Notes: generated from the sequence alone by a model not told the origin. A stretch of DNA of 62,057 nt, filler included, from Stramenopiles sp. TOSAG23-3 (GCA_900128585.1; 24 parts of 24 records of this genome joined end to end with filler, not necessarily neighbours in it), one strand, 5' to 3'; shown: positions 10,842-23,112, numbered from the whole stretch's first letter. Program-made: numbers and translations.

Positions 10842-12922
10842 ATGGACGACGTGGACATAGTAGACAAACTGTTTGAACAGCAGTTTGGGGACGAGTTTCG
10901 GGAATATGCATCCAGAAACAATGATCACGTGCTACTTCGTTCGTCATCTTCCCAGCACCAGGGCAAGAGTCGGAAAAGACGGAAAGTTAGAGGAAGAAGT
11001 AGGTTTGAAAGTCCGTACCAACAGTATCCACCACGTGGAACGTCTATAAAGTATCGCCCGAACTCCTCCACCCGCTCGGAGGCAAGCGTGCTGACCGCAA
11101 GGTCATCCCGAGCTTTCCCCCCCATGAATAACAACAACAAGCGTGATCATAGCGCTGCAATTGAAATCAACACCTCAAAACCAGAGCCCGAAGAAAAGAC
11201 TCCGGAGGAGAAGCGGAGGGGCGGCAGAACAAGCCCTTTGGACACGCAGCCGAGCGTTTTTGAACTGATGCAAGAAACTATTCCACCGCCGTTGTTTTCA
11301 AACGACACGCTAATAACAAAGTCTCTCTCCCTGCCTTATATGGAACAATTAGAATACATCAGACTTCATCTGGGTAGGCGTGGTATGTACGAGCCTGGCC
11401 ATCTCCACGATGAAGAATTTCACAAAGCGCACCCTGATTCAGAGGATGTGTTGAAAGCCAGGCCTCACGTGCCGGTGCCCGTTCGTTATGTTTTGGGACC
11501 AGGGTACGATGCGGACGGGTCAGCCGCCGCGGAAGAGACTAAGGAGGGAGACGGAGACGTCGTGGTCGAAGACATTGAGAGGGAAGAATCGGCTGGCTTC
11601 GACGACAGGATGAGCACAGCTACGGACGAGGACGATCTGCCAGGAAAAGCAGACCTTCCTCCTAGGGAGATATCAGTGTTGGACGACCCGCCCGTGCCGG
11701 CGGACGCACCTTTTCGAATGCACGAAGCAATGGGTCGATATGCACATTTCACTTCGTTTTTAGAGTGTAACCGGATAGTAAAAGCCCAACGGAGGCAGAC
11801 GGCTTGGATTTTGGAGCTAATCGAAGAGATATACGACGAGAGGTACAAATTTGAGTTTACTGAGTTCGAGGGCGAGGCGCCACCGCAGCATCCTCTCACC
11901 TCGCTTGTGCCTAGACAATTCCAAAGTCTTGGCCAAGACAAAGAAGGAAACCCTGAACTGCAGGCACCTTCTGTTAGCACTGCCGTTTTTGTCTATCAGC
12001 ACTTGTCAAAAATATTCGGGTTAAAAGCAATTGTTGACCAGATATGCTGGGATATACTGTACACCGTGACGCTTCTCGAAGATGACTTCAGGGAGATTAG
12101 GTTATTTAGCATGTTCTTGCGAGAAATATGGGACGAGAACGTAATGATTTTTAAACTGTTTTGCCGAAACAATATCCAGTCTTTGTTTCCAGTACGCTTT
12201 AAACTGAAAGGAAAAATTATCGAGCACGTACCACAGATGCACATGCCCCCGGAAGCAATAGTAGTAGAAAAGCACCCTATGAATGTTTACGGCCAGAAAT
12301 TGCTAAGGCTTTCGCCGTGGTCTTGCAGGAAACTGTTCGATGTAGTGTTCGACAAGAACACAGACTTGTCAGCTTATTTGTTGTGGAGATTACGAGACGA
12401 TTTCGTTCCCCAGCTGGACGCGAAGCTAGGAAGACTGGTAAAACCGAAGTTGGACTCAGTTACACCCACCATCGACGCAGTGTTAATGTTGGAGAAACTA
12501 GTTGAAGTGTTCATGTCTTGCCCCGATGATATTATCCAATCAATAAAATACAGCGACGCAGGGGGAACGCTGTTTATGCTCACAAAATTGAAACAAACGG
12601 CTCATTGCGACAAAAAGGTAGAAGAGGTAAGGCTGCAGCTTCTTGAAGAAATGCGGGAATATCAATCGCAAGAAGTGGTCGTACAGAAACTAAAACAAAA
12701 CGACACTACAGGGGCAAAGCGTACCGCAATATTTTTGGCAGAGAACGAATTGTGGCGATTGCAACAAATTGTGTCGTTGTCCGAAGCAAAGTTGATCGAA
12801 GTTAGGCAGATGGAAGACAACATCTGGAACGATGTTATCGATACGGACAAGGAGGCGATACAGGTGAGAAAAAAGAACAAGAAAAAGCATTCAAGTGTCC
12901 CGAGCGATTTGATAAACCTGGA
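10842..12922 (+). CDS. Hypothetical protein with a TSNAXIP1-like helical region and coiled coil (3' truncated)
   Basis: Long ORF. LIEEIYD...FVYQHLSKIFGLKAIVDQICWDIL...IRLFSMFLRE resembles a domain of ciliary TSNAXIP1-like proteins (from memory). Start is uncertain. Confidence 0.6.
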
Positions 12923-13022
12923 NNNNNNNNNNNNNNNNNNNNNNNNNNNNNNNNNNNNNNNNNNNNTTAATTAATTAANNNNNNNNNNNNNNNNNNNNNN
13001 NNNNNNNNNNNNNNNNNNNNNN

Positions 13023-13139
13023 CCACGTTGTACCGTCGGAATGCGAATGCTCAAAGTTGACTCCTACTGTCCCATCTTTCAACACGATGATTTGATTTGA
13101 ATGTTTATGATAACAAATGGTTTGATAATGTATGATTTG
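13023..13139 (-). pseudogene. Choline/carnitine O-acyltransferase catalytic-motif fragment
   Basis: QIIVLKDGTVGVNFEHSHSDGTTW (EHSxxDG). In-frame TAA at 13142-13140 with no ATG or clear splice acceptor before the motif. Confidence 0.6.
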
Positions 13140-14838
13140 TTAAAAAAAAAGCAATTGCTTTCGCAAATTTGTTGGTTCCTTTTCTTCTTCCAGAACAATT
13201 GATATACTCCCCATCCCCTGAAATGTGGATTTGTGTGGTGGGTTCTGTTTATTAATTATTATTATTTATATTGAAAAAAATATTAACCATAAAAAATAAT
13301 AATTTTGTTTTTTTAATAAATTATAGCTGCTATGCCCTGTATTCGTCTTAGGTAAAAAATATAAAGCTGAGGAGTTATTTCTATATTATTATTTATTATA
13401 TAATTTATTATAACAACGAACTACGGGTACCAAACGGCACGGTACGGACTCTGGAGGTAAGTCTGAAACGAGTGGAAGGGAGTGAAGAGAAGAATAGGAA
13501 GAGAGCATTAGGTAATTTATTATGGGTATATTTTGTACATGGGCTAATTAAATAAAAATTAAATTAAATTACAGGTAAATACAATGTAATCTTATTATTT
13601 CCCATTTTAGGTTATATTGATAACCATTCATAATATTTATACATTACACAGCATACTCATTCGAAGTTAGATGCTAAAACTAATAATAAAATTAATTAAA
13701 CTATATAATAAGAACTAACAAAAAACACAGCAAAAGCTTTTAATCTACCAACTAGACTACTCGTAGACGACTAGAGACTAACTATTTTTCATTGATAGGA
13801 GTGAGATAAATATGATTGATATTTGTACTTATAATATTATATAGAATACTATTTATATTTCCTATTTAATTAGTTATTCCATACTTTCCTCAGAAATGAA
13901 TGGTGATTAGCTTAACTAAACTACAAACTACAAACGACCCAACCCCCTCCCTACTCCCTAGCTAATTAATTATAATAATACATAATACGAGAGAGGACCT
14001 ATTATATGTAATACGAGAGAGGACTTTAAATTACATTATAATGTACGTACATTACCAACCAACCCACCCAACCCAACCGTTGAAGAGAGAGAGGAGAGAA
14101 GAAGAAAAAGTTCTTTTCTTATACCAATTTATATAAATAATCAAGTCATTCCATCATCATCTTTTTTTCTTTTGTTTGTTTGTTCTTTCTTTCTTGAAGA
14201 AAAGAGGGAAACAATAATAAAATAATAAATAATTCCTTCTTCTTGTCGTGCCTCCCTCGCGTGTGTTTGTTTATTATTATTTCATAAAAAAAAATATTAT
14301 TATTATTATTAAAAAAAATAAAACCGTTTCTACAATTATCGATAATTAAGGGAGGCATAAAAAATGGTATCATAGTACACTATATAATATAAAATTAGGA
14401 TTTTGACATTTATTACTCTTTACTATTATATGAAAGGATAATATAATTTAAAATATGGACTCGAGTGGGACCTCGATTCATATTTTATACTACAGAGACT
14501 ATAAATAATACCACAAGTATTGTACGCTATATAATATAAAACATATTATTACAAAGTAAAATAAATATTTCCTTAAGTTTAGAGTTTTTTTATTTTATGT
14601 CCTTCTTCTTCCTCCTCCTCCTCCTCCTGCTGCCTACTTTTTTTTTACGAAATTGTCACATAGAATACATTTGTTGAAATTAACAAGCATTTTTAATCTG
14701 CAAAACAATTGGATAGTTTTAATCCCACGACGTACCGTTGGGACCGAAATAGCGAGGGCAAAGGTTTTTGTTTTGTTGGAATAGTCAAGTTTTGTGCATA
14801 TACAATACATACATACATATATAGAGTTTTTATAGAGA

Positions 14839-15523
14839 ATGAGCGCTTTGGCTACCGTTGCAAGTCCGGGGAGCGAGGAAGACTACTCTTTGCCAACGAA
14901 GGGGCCTGCGAAGCAAACGCAAGAAACCACTTTCTTGTCCAGCCTGGAGCAAGAAATTGTGACTAGGGTTAAGCAGCGCCGGTCGTCGAGCGTTTTTGGT
15001 AGCGTTGCGACGTTGGAAGAGATCAACCGGGAAGCGGAGGAAGAGGCGGCGGAGATTATGAACGAGAACGGGTCGTTCGACCAGAAAACTGCCATACTGC
15101 ACGGGATATTTAGTAAGTTTGCGACGTGGGAGTTGAACGCCAACGCATGTTTCATTTCGCGAACCAAGTTTCGAAAGTTTTGTATAGACGCAAACATAGT
15201 AGGCCCAGGAAAGGTGCTCGTAGGCGATATAGAGGTAGTGTTTTACGAATGCTTGCAGCAACCGGCGAGGAAAGCGCGCACGATATGGAAACGGGAAGAT
15301 AGGTTTGGGGTAAGGGAAGCCGCGCCGGCTCCCAGCAGGAAGAAGTTGCTGTCGTACAGCCAGTTCGTCGGCGGTTTGGGGTTGCTGGCGATGAGGATGT
15401 ACGGGGCAAAGCGCTACGAGCACTTGGACCCGCGGCTTTGCAGCCGGGTCGTCCGGGTGGACGACTCGTTCACTGCATTTTACCAGTCAGTTCTGTTGCC
15501 GTACGCAGCGAAACGCGGGCTTT
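14839..15523 (+). CDS. p25alpha/TPPP-like or degenerate EF-hand protein (3' truncated)
   Basis: IFSKFA...ISRTKFRKFCIDANIV...DIEVVF...LSYSQFVGGLGLLA pattern. Confidence 0.6.
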
Positions 15524-15623
15524 NNNNNNNNNNNNNNNNNNNNNNNNNNNNNNNNNNNNNNNNNNNNTTAATTAATTAANNNNNNNNNNNNNNNNNNNNN
15601 NNNNNNNNNNNNNNNNNNNNNNN

Positions 15624-15848
15624 AGCGAAACAAATCTTGTCGCCCACGAAGAAAGGCGAAATGCAATGGGTAAAAGTGGGGGTGGCCCAAACAAAGGACA
15701 GTGGTGGGACAACGCCGAAACCCAGCGCATCGCGAGGGTCTTGCGCGGAAGCGATGATGTCAATAGTGTGATGAGTTCTATTGACAGTTCTGTTAGTTAC
15801 GCATCGGTGCGGGACGAAGAAGAGCTTCAGTCAAGCTCCCGAGAATAA
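15624..15848 (+). CDS. C-terminal fragment of an unknown protein
   Basis: Open from the contig edge to TAA with coding-like composition. Confidence 0.6.
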   Translation, partial: SETNLVAHEERRNAMGKSGGGPNKGQWWDNAETQRIARVLRGSDDVNSVMSSIDSSVSYASVRDEEELQSSSRE

Positions 15849-16544
15849 TTGAAAAATGAAGAGATCTTCTTTTTAATGATTCGAGAGTCGATCCACACAT
15901 TTAATCTCGAATATTTATCACATCACGCACAAAACCCTATAATGTGTATTACCTGGTAATAGCTGTACAGGTACGGGTTCCAGGTGCGTTCGGTACAATA
16001 CCGGGTACCGGTACCAGGTACCCAACCACCGGAACATAACCGAACCTGCTATTTCTACAGAGCTATATTAAAATCAAAAATAATTATTGTTTCAAAATAA
16101 CAAATAAACAATGCTGCCAGTATTGTACATAGTAAGCCAACTTCGGCGACTTAATGGAGAAGACTAAATATTATACTACCGAACACTCCTTCCTTCCTCT
16201 CATCACCAACTTATAACCACACAGTAGTATTAATATTATCAAAATAATAATAAAAAAATAAAAAAAAAATAATTATTATAATAGTTTAATAATAATATGA
16301 TATTTGAATGAAGAAAGACAGAAAGTTTTGTTCTTAAATTAGGAGAGACTAAGATTCAAGCGAAAGAACGATTTATAATTTTAAAAAGACATTTTACTAA
16401 GGGTTACAGGGCACCGGAAATTTTAGAAAAATCCTTGGTTGCAAGCAAAAATTTTCCACGACCGGTACGTCAGTCTCTTAGAGCCAGCATTATCCTTTGG
16501 AAAGTTTGGTTGCGTCCGTCAACTGCTTCGCGTAGAAAGTTAAC

Positions 16545-17820
16545 ATGGGGAACGAAGGGAGCCGGCCTGGTGGAGGCGGGAAGAAAAACAATTTTAAAGG
16601 TCGCGGCAACACCCTGGGAACTGCTGCGGACGCAATTGCAGCGCGACGTGCAAGGGAGGCCGCACAAAAAACCACAGGCCCAGGCAAGACGCGTTGTAAC
16701 TCAGAAAGATAGAGACGCCCGTGCCGCCGCTCTTGCAGCGGCAGAAAGTAGAGCGAACAAGTTTGACAATAGGCTAAAAAAGAAACGCCAGCAACGCAAG
16801 GAAAAGTCAAAAGAAAAGTTGTTGGAACGGTCCGGCTCTTCGGACGGGGGGACCGCCAAAGCATCCTTTTTGAACCAGGGACTTGCGCAAAAGCTCCCCG
16901 CCCAGCGCACCGTAGATTTAGGGTTTGACCCGACGAAGTCAGTAATGTCCAGCAGCTCGACTGGTCGAGCTATTCAGAGTAAAATAGTCAACGGAGATCT
17001 TCGTTCTAAGGACGAAGTGTCCGTCCAGGGCGGCACTGGCTTTTCCCAGCCCAGTCTTGCACCCGCTCAAAATATATTGGACCATAATGCTGCTGGAGTA
17101 GGAGGTTTTGGCTCGTCTTCCGGCGGCAGCCAATTCAGCAGCACCTTGGCGAATCAACATCAGCCAGTGGACCAAAACGCGCTCGCTGAAGTTCTGGCAC
17201 TGACGCAAACGTCCTCGGTTGCCTTGAGAAACAAGAACAAGCCGGCGCCGGAAGGTTCCAGCTCTGGGATTAACAGGCCCACATCGGCCCAAAGACCAGC
17301 AGCCAAGGCCTCAAACAGTGGCGCGAATGACCCGAAGAAGCAATGTTCTGCTGCTGAAATCGAGCAAGCACTGTCATTGTTCCACGAAGCGGAGGCCATG
17401 AAAGGCGACCCTGAAATGGCAATTGCATTTTTGTACTCGGGAACTAACAAATACGAATCGATACGTGGAGCGGAGACAGTCAGGAAAATCCTGCACAATA
17501 TAGTCTCCAAGCCGAGCGAGGAAAAATTCCGAAACCTCAACGTGAAGAACGCTGTCATCACTAGAAGGATCTTGCTAGTGCCCGGAGGACCACAGCTTTT
17601 GGCTTCCGCGGGCTTTGTGCTGGACGGCAGCGATGGGGTCAGCCTGCACGAGAGAAAGCTCGTTTTGAAAGACAACCGCCCGGAGGACATATTGATCGCA
17701 GACATTTCTGGTGTTGTTGCAACCATCGATTCATTTTTAGATACGAGCAGAAAAGACGAAAGGGGTGCACGCCTTGCAGCTGCCGAAAAGCGCGCAAAAA
17801 AAAAATTTGGAGCCCAATGA
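16545..17820 (+). CDS. p97/CDC48 adaptor (SHP box, two VIMs, PUB domain), frameshifted near 16666-16671
   Basis: MGNEGS...FKGRGNTLG in one frame; RAAALAAAESR, PUB (KILHNIVSKPSEEKFRNLNVKN...LLASAGF) and RGARLAAAEKR in the next frame. Confidence 0.8.
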
Positions 17821-18223
17821 TGTCAGGTGGTTCGTTTCGCCGTCATTTAAAAGTATCCAGTATGATAAAAAATATAAGAGGAAGATGAACGAGAGAAATA
17901 ATATGATACTCTGCTGAAATCATCATATTATTATTATTATTTAAAACGACTACTAGACGACTGACTGACTAGACTAATAATAATAAAATAAAAAATGGAA
18001 TTTTTTAATATTACGTCGTAGGAGAAAACAACATAATAAGACCACCACCTTCATCATCATCTTCGTATCGTCTAAATAAATGATCTATATTTATATATCA
18101 TCTACGTAAAATACTGAAAGAANNNNNNNNNNNNNNNNNNNNNNNNNNNNNNNNNNNNNNNNNNNNTTAATTAATTAANNNNNNNNNNNNNNNNNNNNNN
18201 NNNNNNNNNNNNNNNNNNNNNNT

Positions 18224-18781
18224 GAGGCCAAGAAGGGAGCGGTGGCGGAGGCGAAAGCTTCAACGGAAGAGGATGGGACCACAGCGGGTGCGGGGAAAGC
18301 TGGTGCGAAAAGAAGTTCAAGTGTTGCGAGCGTTGAGGAGTATCACCCAGAAGACCCAGAAACCCTCAAGAGAGAAATTGAAGAGAAAGAGCGGCTGGTA
18401 AAGAGTACCATTCAAGACCGTTTCAAGAAAATGGAACAGGAGGAAGAGAAACTAAGACAAATTAAATCGCAACTCCGTAAAATGACGGAAGGCGTAGGCC
18501 ATGATATACACATTATACGAGCAAAAATAGAAAACGTCCAAAGGAACCTTGGTCAAGAGGAAGCCAGTTTAAAAGTGAAGGAAAGGGAATGTCGTGAAAT
18601 CAACGAAAACGTCAATAAGTTAAGAGACGAGAAGCAGAAATTGACAGAACACTTGCGCATCATTATTTATGAAAACGAAAAGAAGAAACAAGAGAAGCTT
18701 CGGGAACTCATGTTGGCTCTTGGGCTTGGGGACGTAACCGAGGAAGAAGCCCAGAAGGCGTGGAAAGGCTTTAATGTATAG
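18224..18781 (+). CDS. GORAB: RAB6-interacting golgin (GORAB)-like coiled-coil protein (5' truncated)
   Basis: KLRQIKSQL...DIHIIRAKIE...KQKLTEHLRIIIYENEKKKQEKLRELM matches the GORAB C-terminal pattern. Confidence 0.75.
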   Translation, partial: EAKKGAVAEAKASTEEDGTTAGAGKAGAKRSSSVASVEEYHPEDPETLKREIEEKERLVKSTIQDRFKKMEQEEEKLRQIKSQLRKMTEGVGHDIHIIRAKIENVQRNLGQEEASLKVKERECREINENVNKLRDEKQKLTEHLRIIIYENEKKKQEKLRELMLALGLGDVTEEEAQKAWKGFNV

Positions 18782-18965
18782 TTTATGTAACGTAACCATT
18801 GTTTTATCAAATTGAAGATATTATTCTCTAAAAAAATGTAAACTGTACCACCTTACCCCTTCCTGTGTGCCCGCAAAATAAAATTAACAATTAAAACGGA
18901 GGGGCGTGATTGACACGAACGACGACGAGGCATTGTTCGCTCCCCTGCCATGCATCCCCTAGGAC

Positions 18966-20288
18966 TCAGCGTTTCGGGCTGGTTGCACCCTCCACCACTT
19001 GGCGAAGGTGTGCGTTCAGCTTTAAGTTGGCATTTGCCATGCCAATGTTGCACGCCGAAACTTTCATTATACCCGTCTCCCCCAGACCTTTTGCTAACCT
19101 CTTCGCCTCCGTGAAGTACCTCATGGCCTGCTGGTATTCACCCTGCGCGTTCGCCAAGACTCCGAGGTAGTGGCAGGCCAACCCCTCCGCCGACCGATCG
19201 CGCAAACTGCGCACTAACTGTAAATGCTGGTCCAAACACGCAGACGCAGTCGCGTAGTCGCCCTGTCGAATCCCAACTAAACCTAAATTTCCGACACTGA
19301 TGCACTGGCCGTGGGTACTTTGCAAGTGAATTGCCAACCGCAAGGCATCCTGGTGGTGGCGGGCGGCCGCTTCGTAACGTTTCAAACGGTCGCAAGCGAT
19401 ACCTAAATTACAATGCGCTACGAACTGGCCGCGCTCGTCGGCAATCTGAAGATGCTGATTGTGGAAATCAGCAGCGCGCTCAAAGTAAGACTGCGCCTTC
19501 TCTTCGTCCCCGCGTTTCCCGGCGGCTTCCCCAAGGGCAATGTAATTCACCCCGATGCAGTTAAACGCCAGCGCAGCGCCGACCACGTCGTTGGTCTGCT
19601 GGCACGTTCCGACGAACTTCTTGTAACAGCTTACCGCGCTGTTGCGATCCTCCATGTTGTCGTACAAAACACCCATTGAAAAATAGGCCATCCCCTCCCT
19701 TCGGGTGCGCTCCCCCCGTCTACACGCGGCAGCCCGAAGCTCAAGGTCACGGATGGCCGTCTTTACGTCTGAAAAGTTCTCCTTCAGGCCTCTATCTTGG
19801 TTCTTCACCTTTTTCTTCGCCTCGGCCTTTGCCTTGTCGGTGGGAGACATGCGACCACTGCTGTACGACGCAACGTCGTACTTGTTCCTTTCTAATGGTT
19901 TCTGGATGGCATCTGGGGCGAATAGCTGGTTCATTGCCTCGTTGTGGGTCGCACCGGCCCGGCGCTTGGGCGCCCTGAGCTCGCTCGGCGGCTCGACGCG
20001 CTGTGCCGTGTCCAGCTGAGGCGTTCGCTCAGCAAGCTGCGTGGGTGCGCCTTGCTGGCCGCCCCGTTTGCCGCCGGTAAAGCCCGTGTAGCCTTTCGCG
20101 GGGTTGGTTGGGGAGCGATAGCCTTGTGGTTGCATGCGTGCCGGCGTGCCGGACTGTCGATCCCCAGCCGTAGAAGGAACAAACCCCTCCGAACCGAAGG
20201 TATCGTTCTGAAATTGCATCGGGGAGTACACTGGCCAGTTCGACTTTCCCGATGGCGCGGAGGAACCGGAAGAGTGCGGTTGCGCCAT
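18966..20288 (-). CDS. Tetratricopeptide-repeat protein
   Basis: Disordered N-terminus followed by TPRs (AYFSMGVLYD, AHCNLGIA, SVGNLGLV, ACHYLGVL). Confidence 0.9.
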   Translation of the reverse strand: MAQPHSSGSSAPSGKSNWPVYSPMQFQNDTFGSEGFVPSTAGDRQSGTPARMQPQGYRSPTNPAKGYTGFTGGKRGGQQGAPTQLAERTPQLDTAQRVEPPSELRAPKRRAGATHNEAMNQLFAPDAIQKPLERNKYDVASYSSGRMSPTDKAKAEAKKKVKNQDRGLKENFSDVKTAIRDLELRAAACRRGERTRREGMAYFSMGVLYDNMEDRNSAVSCYKKFVGTCQQTNDVVGAALAFNCIGVNYIALGEAAGKRGDEEKAQSYFERAADFHNQHLQIADERGQFVAHCNLGIACDRLKRYEAAARHHQDALRLAIHLQSTHGQCISVGNLGLVGIRQGDYATASACLDQHLQLVRSLRDRSAEGLACHYLGVLANAQGEYQQAMRYFTEAKRLAKGLGETGIMKVSACNIGMANANLKLNAHLRQVVEGATSPKR

Positions 20289-21638
20289 GTTGTCCGTGTT
20301 TATACTTATTTACAAATAATATATTCGGTGATGAGTTGAAACGTGTTGAAATCGTACACGAAATTTAAAACTATGCAACGGATCTTCCTACTACGACGTA
20401 TTGCCTGTTTAAAATTGGAACAGATATGGCGGTACATAAAAAAAGAAGAAACCAAACCTACAGATCAGGTCTAAAACAAAAAAGTGCGTTTTGTTTTTTG
20501 TTGTGTTGTTTTTTTTGTTCTCTTCTTCTTCATCATCATCATTATATTATTATTATAAATTAGTCTTTCTTCATCATCATCTTCTTCTTAATTATTATTG
20601 TTGTTGTTCTTCTTCTTCTTCATTCTTCTTCTTCTCTCATTTTTATTTTTCTTCATATTATCATCACATCAACAATTACTTTTAATTAATAGAAGAAAGA
20701 AGAAAGAAAGAAAGAAAGAANNNNNNNNNNNNNNNNNNNNNNNNNNNNNNNNNNNNNNNNNNNNTTAATTAATTAANNNNNNNNNNNNNNNNNNNNNNNN
20801 NNNNNNNNNNNNNNNNNNNNCAACAACAACAAACAACCACCGTGTCGTCGCGCGCTGGAACTGCTTTTATTTATTTACCGTATTTTATTTATATTTTAAT
20901 ATATTATTTTATTCTTCTAAAAAAAATGATAATTATTTTATTATATAGGATAAATTGTATATAATAGTATACTGATATTTTTATTAAGTATAATTTGGAA
21001 TGTCCTCGTTTGGGTCAGGGTTAAATTTCGCCTAACTTTTTCTAAATTATTATTTATTATAAAATATTAAAATTTCTTTGGGAGTTTCATTTCTTACCTT
21101 TTTTCTAATTAATATAATAATTTATATTCTATTTTATTCTAGTCGTCTAGGCTTATTATCCCCCACCAAACCCCCAAACACAAACAAAAAATATATAACC
21201 GTATTTATATTTATATTTTATAATCTTTTTTCTTTTGTAATTTACATAAATAGTCTCTATTATAATGGTGGTGTAGACTATATATATTATGTAGAGTTGT
21301 TTGTAAAACAAAACAAAAAATCATCAATTAATAATAATTATTATATTTTATTTTTTTTAATTTTTTAGTTGTAGTAGTAGTAGTAATAGTAAATATATTT
21401 TATAATAAAATAATAACAATATTATTATTATTATTATTATTATGGCAATTTCGTTATTATATAATATATTTAATTTTATTAATTAATAATATATTTAAAA
21501 AAATATGGTAGTTTTTAGTTTGCATTAGTGTTAGATGATACCTTGTTTCGATTCACATTCATTTCATAATTTTCTTGAAGAAAATGCCATCAGGGTAGGA
21601 AAACTCCCCAACAACATCAAACGACAGGGGAACACAAC

Positions 21639-23029
21639 ATGCGGGTTAACAACGGCACGCTGATCGTTTTTACGGCTTGCTGGCTTTTTTTTACAGCTCG
21701 CGCTAATCCCGGAGGCCAAGGTGTTGGTCTGGGATCAACACTTCTTGGGGGAGAGGATAATAAAATTAGAGCTTTTTATGATGACAAGGAGCGCCGACTT
21801 GTGGTGTGCTTTTCCACGGGGGCGGACGATTCATATTATGCTCTGGCGCTTGATAATAACACTAACCAGGATGGGCAGTCCGAGAACGAGCATTGGCTGG
21901 TGACTTCTTCCCCTACCGAGGGGAACTGCCCTACATCCCACTCGTTCGATTGGTTGGACGACGACGGCCTCGCACAGAACACGGGATGCCAGGATTTTTC
22001 CTACGACTCCTATGGGATCTCAGGAAACCTTTCGACTAGCTCATTTGTTTACGTAATTATCGCCGTGAATGATGACTCTTCTGTGCTAAACAGCGACTGT
22101 TCACTCGGAACGTCTGGTGAAGGTACTGAAATATATCCCGTTCCGCTTCTGCCAACAAGATTATGCATAACGAATACCGACATAGACGAATCTGCTTCTC
22201 GGTTGAATGGTGATTATCAGATTAAATCCATTGATAAGTTTAGGGATGATCTCGGGGTGTTTGCCAGCTCTACCTGGTTGCCGATTACCGCCACAAGTGC
22301 TACGATTCTAGATGGGGGTCCTACTTCGTTATAGCAGCGCTCGTGATGGTCGTCTTTGTATTTGGGTTTCCGGCTTATATGATGCGACAACTGTACAAAG
22401 TCCGCGACAATTTGGACTCAATCGCAACAAAGAAGTCGTACGGATACATGTATTTATCCTACAAAAACAATGCTTACTTTTGGGAGGTAACGTTACTCGC
22501 CCGGAAGCTTTTTCTTTCGGCGGCCCCGATTGTCTTGTACGAGTACCCGTATGTCCAACTCTGCATTTCGGGAATGCTGTCGGCGATGTTTCACGTATAC
22601 CATGGCATGTATACGCCGTTTCGGATGGCTCTGCATAATTACGTTCAACACTTTGCGCTCTTGGCAACCACTGTCACATTTTTAATTCTACCGCTGTGCG
22701 AGCCAAACGACCGCATCTCATTAGAAAGTGCAACCAATGCGGCAATTGTAGTAATTGTTCTCAATACAGCGTTGTGCATTGGTGCAGGTCTATGCATCCT
22801 ATTTATGTTTGGCCAGGGAATGTTGGCATCGAACAAGATACACAAAAGGAAGAGTGTCGGGATCAGCAAGAGAAGCAGCGAACAGTTAGCCGCTTGGCAA
22901 TCAAAACTTCACACCACAAAAATCACCCCTGTTCTGGGCGAAGTCGACAATCTCCAGGCAATCAGAAAGCAATTTGGGGCTGGGTCCAAAGAATATGCCC
23001 AAGCAATGGCAAAAGCCAACAAAAAATAG
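21639..23029 (+). pseudogene. Signal-peptide ectodomain joined out of frame to a multi-TM C-terminal module
   Basis: ORF1 is 21639-22334. A second frame opens near 22250 and reads LYLVADYRHKCYDSRW...YGYMYLSYKNNAYFWEVTLLARK with about 5 TM helices. Confidence 0.65.
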
Positions 23030-23112
23030 TGAAGCAAGAGTTAAGTATTAATTTAACACACACTTTATTTTTCAAAATAATCCACATATTCAATTTAAAA
23101 AAACAACATAAA

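Noticed and set aside
13420..13620. Splice-like signals (GAG|GTAAGT, TTTTAG|G) in intergenic DNA
   Set aside because: No credible coding exons could be assembled from them.
16684..16714. Tiny GC-AG intron as the explanation for the PUB-gene frameshift
   Set aside because: The CAG and TAG acceptors do not restore the frame. Only an atypical GAG acceptor does, so a one-base indel is simpler.
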